NCBI GenBank assembly: GCA_046050355.1
Contig: JBJOPW010000002.1
Coordinates: 1-64,000 of the forward strand
Reading direction: 5' to 3'
DNA from: Candidatus Parcubacteria bacterium
Lineage (GTDB): Bacteria; Patescibacteriota; Minisyncoccia; Phycocordibacterales; UBA918
Length of the DNA: 64,000 nt
Below the pieces are notes generated by a model. That model saw nothing but the letters and a program-made list of their open reading frames with translations. It was not told the DNA's origin and made no database searches. This document shows positions 61,003-64,000 of this stretch, in pieces; within the stretch, counting starts at the first letter, position 1; each line of letters opens with the position of its first letter. The translations under genes and the position numbers were made by a program.

Positions 61003-61554
61003 ATGAAACAGCTCACATTTATCACTGGCAACCCAAACAAAGTTAAGCAACTAGAGCTTTATCTCAAGTTCCCGGTGGAGTACCGGGCAATTGATTTGCC
61101 CGAAATCCAAAGCCTCGATTTGGAAACGGTCGCGGTAGCAAAAGCGCAGGCGGCTTATGCGATTCACAAAGCGCCGGTGCTGATTGAAGATATTGGGCTG
61201 TCGTTTTCGGCGTTGGGCGGCCTCCCTGGTCCGTTTGTAAAGTGGTTCCTCGAAACGGTTGGTAACGAAGGTATGTGCCGCATGCTCGACAGCTATCAGG
61301 ATCGCACAGCTATCGGAGCCGTCTGCTATGTCTTGTGTGACGAGCATGGACACCAAGTGTTCACCGCTGCGCGAGAGGGGACTATTGCCATGACCCCGCG
61401 TGGCCCGAGTTACTTTGGTTGGAATCCGATTTTCATCCCTAAAGGGGAAACAAACACCTATGCCGAGATGTCGCCAGAAAAAGAACAGGCAACTTCACTC
61501 CGCCGAACAGCTATTGGCAAGCTTCAGACGTATCTCGACGCCAATTACCAGTGA
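61003..61554 (+). CDS. Ham1/ITPase non-canonical purine NTP pyrophosphatase
   Basis: TGNPNK, ED.GL...LGGLPGP, FGWNPIF. Confidence 0.92.
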   Translation: MKQLTFITGNPNKVKQLELYLKFPVEYRAIDLPEIQSLDLETVAVAKAQAAYAIHKAPVLIEDIGLSFSALGGLPGPFVKWFLETVGNEGMCRMLDSYQDRTAIGAVCYVLCDEHGHQVFTAAREGTIAMTPRGPSYFGWNPIFIPKGETNTYAEMSPEKEQATSLRRTAIGKLQTYLDANYQ

Positions 61555-61612
61555 CAGGTCGCCCTTAGGGGCGGCTTTTGTTTGGTAGTAGCTGACAACA
61601 TCACAGTTGCCG

Positions 61613-61957
61613 CTATTTAATTTTGTCCCCAATAGCGATATGGAAGTGGAGATGAGGTGTGTCTTGCCACTTACCAATATTTGTTAGTAATTGTACTCCT
61701 TTATTCTGAAGCTCTTCTTCTGGTATGGTACGAATAATATCTCGGGCAACGGTGAGAATTTCTTCATATAAAGAAGTGTCAGTTACATGACGAATATCCC
61801 AAATATGCTCTTTAGGAATTATGACTATATGTTTTTCCCAAAACGGTTTGGTATGGTAGTACGCTAATATGCGATCGCTTTCAAACACCTTTTCAATATC
61901 CGCATCTTGCTTGAGGGCTACATCGCAATAAAAATCGAAGTCATCGGGATTACTCAT
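61613..61957 (-). CDS. HIT-family protein
   Basis: PHLHFH motif; IPKEH. Confidence 0.9.
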   Translation of the reverse strand: MSNPDDFDFYCDVALKQDADIEKVFESDRILAYYHTKPFWEKHIVIIPKEHIWDIRHVTDTSLYEEILTVARDIIRTIPEEELQNKGVQLLTNIGKWQDTPHLHFHIAIGDKIK

Positions 61958-62034
61958 TAAAAAATTATAGCAGGTTTGTCTGCCTGCTAGGGATAAGGGT
62001 GAAAGTTAGTCGTGGGAGATAAAAAGAAACCGCC

Positions 62035-62772
62035 TTAGGGAGGGTCGGTTTCAGGAGGGGCAAGTTTTGCCCAGCGTGTGATAGCATCGTCGCAATGCTT
62101 GATCGCCACTTTGTTGCCAGCATCAGCTTGAGTGCGATTGCTGCTTTGGTCGAGCCACAGACGGGCGGTAGCGACCGGCAACCCCTTCTCGACTAGCCAG
62201 TCAAGACAGCCTGGGTCGACATCCACGTAGATTTCAGACAGACGACTGTGGAACAGCGAGTCTGCCTGAGCGATATCCCCTCGGTCGAGGAAGATCGATA
62301 CGACGAGGGTGTCGTACTGTCTACCATCCTGGTAGAAGAGAACGATCAACTCTTCCGCAGAAATGGGCGAATACTGCTCAAAAGCTTCCAAGAGCAGTTG
62401 ACGGTTCTCGCCTTTGGGAAGTTTTTCCCAAAGCAGCTGCGCAATTTCAAGCAGGGCTGGATTCAGAACACCGTTGATTTGCGTCAGCAGGAGTACGTCT
62501 CGGACGGGGTGGCGCAACCCACGGAAGGTGGCAGGGATTCCAACCAAGTGAGCCAACTCGGCCCACTTTTCCAAGAGTGCCGCCACGACTGCGGTGAGGA
62601 TGTTTGCTCGATCAGTTTCGGGCAGGTTGCTCACAGCAATGTGCTGAAAAGCCCGTCGGCATGGTGTAGCTTCGTAATCCGTGAGATTCTTGAAGTCTTT
62701 GGACAGATTCCGGTCGATGCCGAAGAAGTCCGTCCAGTCCTTTTGGGTGGCAGTGATTGCATCAAAGTCCAT
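62035..62772 (-). CDS. Hypothetical protein, likely acquired, downstream of tRNA-His
   Basis: Long ORF; no motif recognised. Confidence 0.5.
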   Translation of the reverse strand: MDFDAITATQKDWTDFFGIDRNLSKDFKNLTDYEATPCRRAFQHIAVSNLPETDRANILTAVVAALLEKWAELAHLVGIPATFRGLRHPVRDVLLLTQINGVLNPALLEIAQLLWEKLPKGENRQLLLEAFEQYSPISAEELIVLFYQDGRQYDTLVVSIFLDRGDIAQADSLFHSRLSEIYVDVDPGCLDWLVEKGLPVATARLWLDQSSNRTQADAGNKVAIKHCDDAITRWAKLAPPETDPP

Positions 62773-63074
62773 CGTCGTCTCCAGCAAAGATCGGTGCGTG
62801 ACCTACGCAGCAAGGGAACATTCCGTGCCAGCTTACAATATAAACAAATCTCGTCAATGGAGAGGCGGCTACCGGAAGGAATTGGTCACAGGTTACTAAG
62901 CTTTTTATTTCGCTTTGCTCATAAAAATCTAAGTACCCGCGACCCCGCCTCGGCCGTTTTATTTCTAGAAAGAAATAAAACATGCCTGCGACTTTCAATT
63001 CCCGGACGCAAGTGATACTAATCACTTGCTTAGCCGCCCCAATATAAAAGACCCCAAAAAGGGGTCCTTTATAT

Positions 63075-63150
63075 TGGGGCGGCTACCGGGAATTGAACCC
63101 GAATTGAGAGTTCCACAAACTCCAGTAATAACCATTATACCATAGCCGCC
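63075..63150 (-). tRNA. tRNA-His(GUG)
   Basis: G-1, loop TT-GTG-GA, C discriminator, encoded CCA. Confidence 0.93.
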
Positions 63151-63366
63151 AGATTGGTCACGCAAGTAGGGAGTTACTCGCGTGACCACTGTTATACCTA
63201 TTTTTTCGGAAAAAGTCGAGTCCGCAACCCGCGACTAGCTATTAGATTGATATTTTGTATACTGAAAGGTATCTATGGATCAAGAGACACTTTTAATCGC
63301 TATCTTCTTCACCTTTATGATCGGGGCGGGGATTGGTTTTTACGTGACCAAAGCCATTATTGGTGT

Positions 63367-64000
63367 ATGAGGCACTGGTTGCTCACACTGGCGACATTCC
63401 TCATCCTCTGTAGCGGCAGTAGCGTTGCCTTAGCCCAAGAAGTACACCAAGAACTCCAAGAGACAGTTCGAGCGGAGGTGCTTGAGATAGTAAAAGCCTA
63501 CGACCGGGATATTATGGGTACCGGAGCGACCACCACCGTGCAGGAACTGCGCGCCAAGCTCCTCTCGGGAAGTAAGGCGGGGGAGGTGGTCCGCTTTGAA
63601 AACGACCTCATGGTCCTCGCGGTCGGGGACAAAATATTTGTTAATCGACTGGTATCAATTGAAGGTGAGGAATACTACATCTTTAAAGATATTGAACGAC
63701 GACCGCAGCTCCTTATTTTGGCGGTTCTCCTTTCGGTCCTGGTGGTAGTGTTTGCCCGCTGGCAGGGGATACGGGCTATCCTCAGTCTCGCTCTCAGTGT
63801 GGTCGCTATTCTCTTTTTGTTGGTGCCGGCACTCCTTGCGGGGTACGATCCGGCGCTCGCGAGCTTTGCCATTGCAGCGGTGATTCTCGCGCTCACGCTC
63901 TTTTTGACTCATGGGTTTGGTATTTATGTGCGGATTGCGTACTTTGGGACGATGGCGGCGGTAGGGGTTACCTGTCTCGTGGCGTGGTTCTCGGTTACGT
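63367..64000 (+). CDS. YibE/F-family membrane protein (3'-truncated by the window edge)
   Basis: Hand translation MRHWLLTL...AQEVHQE...VRAEVLEI...DIERRPQL...RWQGIRAILSL. Confidence 0.8.
   Translation, partial: MRHWLLTLATFLILCSGSSVALAQEVHQELQETVRAEVLEIVKAYDRDIMGTGATTTVQELRAKLLSGSKAGEVVRFENDLMVLAVGDKIFVNRLVSIEGEEYYIFKDIERRPQLLILAVLLSVLVVVFARWQGIRAILSLALSVVAILFLLVPALLAGYDPALASFAIAAVILALTLFLTHGFGIYVRIAYFGTMAAVGVTCLVAWFSVT

Overview
This is a chromosomal window from a small-genome bacterium whose gene set looks like Patescibacteria/CPR (Parcubacteria-like). It spans the replication origin (yidC-rnpA-rpmH / dnaA-oriC-dnaN) and carries a PrgI/VirB4/pilin cluster, housekeeping genes (tyrS, PBP1A, ruvABC, polA, holA, murE, rpsT, rplS, pilB, pilMNO) and six tRNAs. 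The standout is a ~5.5 kb island (37.2-42.9 kb) between a truncated serine recombinase and tRNA-Ser. It encodes a lone RAMP/Cas7-like protein and an Fe-S XPD/DinG-type helicase, with 21 non-coding units in two arrays. Each unit is a tract of 7-12 pentamers with consensus N-[C/G]-[T/C]-N-N, followed by a linker (usually GG) and a hairpin that keeps its structure but not its sequence. A type III hammerhead ribozyme fold lies inside the first array. Deleting the conserved dinucleotide from each pentamer leaves contiguous 21-36 nt strings. Two of these translate into recognisable mobile-element/phage protein motifs (serine-recombinase Zn-ribbon LLRGLVYCD; C1q-like TGIYTTPIDGF). This suggests an RNA-guided, non-CRISPR system with interleaved guides, similar to VIPR as I recall it but with a different code and a helicase partner. 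All calls are from manual reading; no database searches were run.
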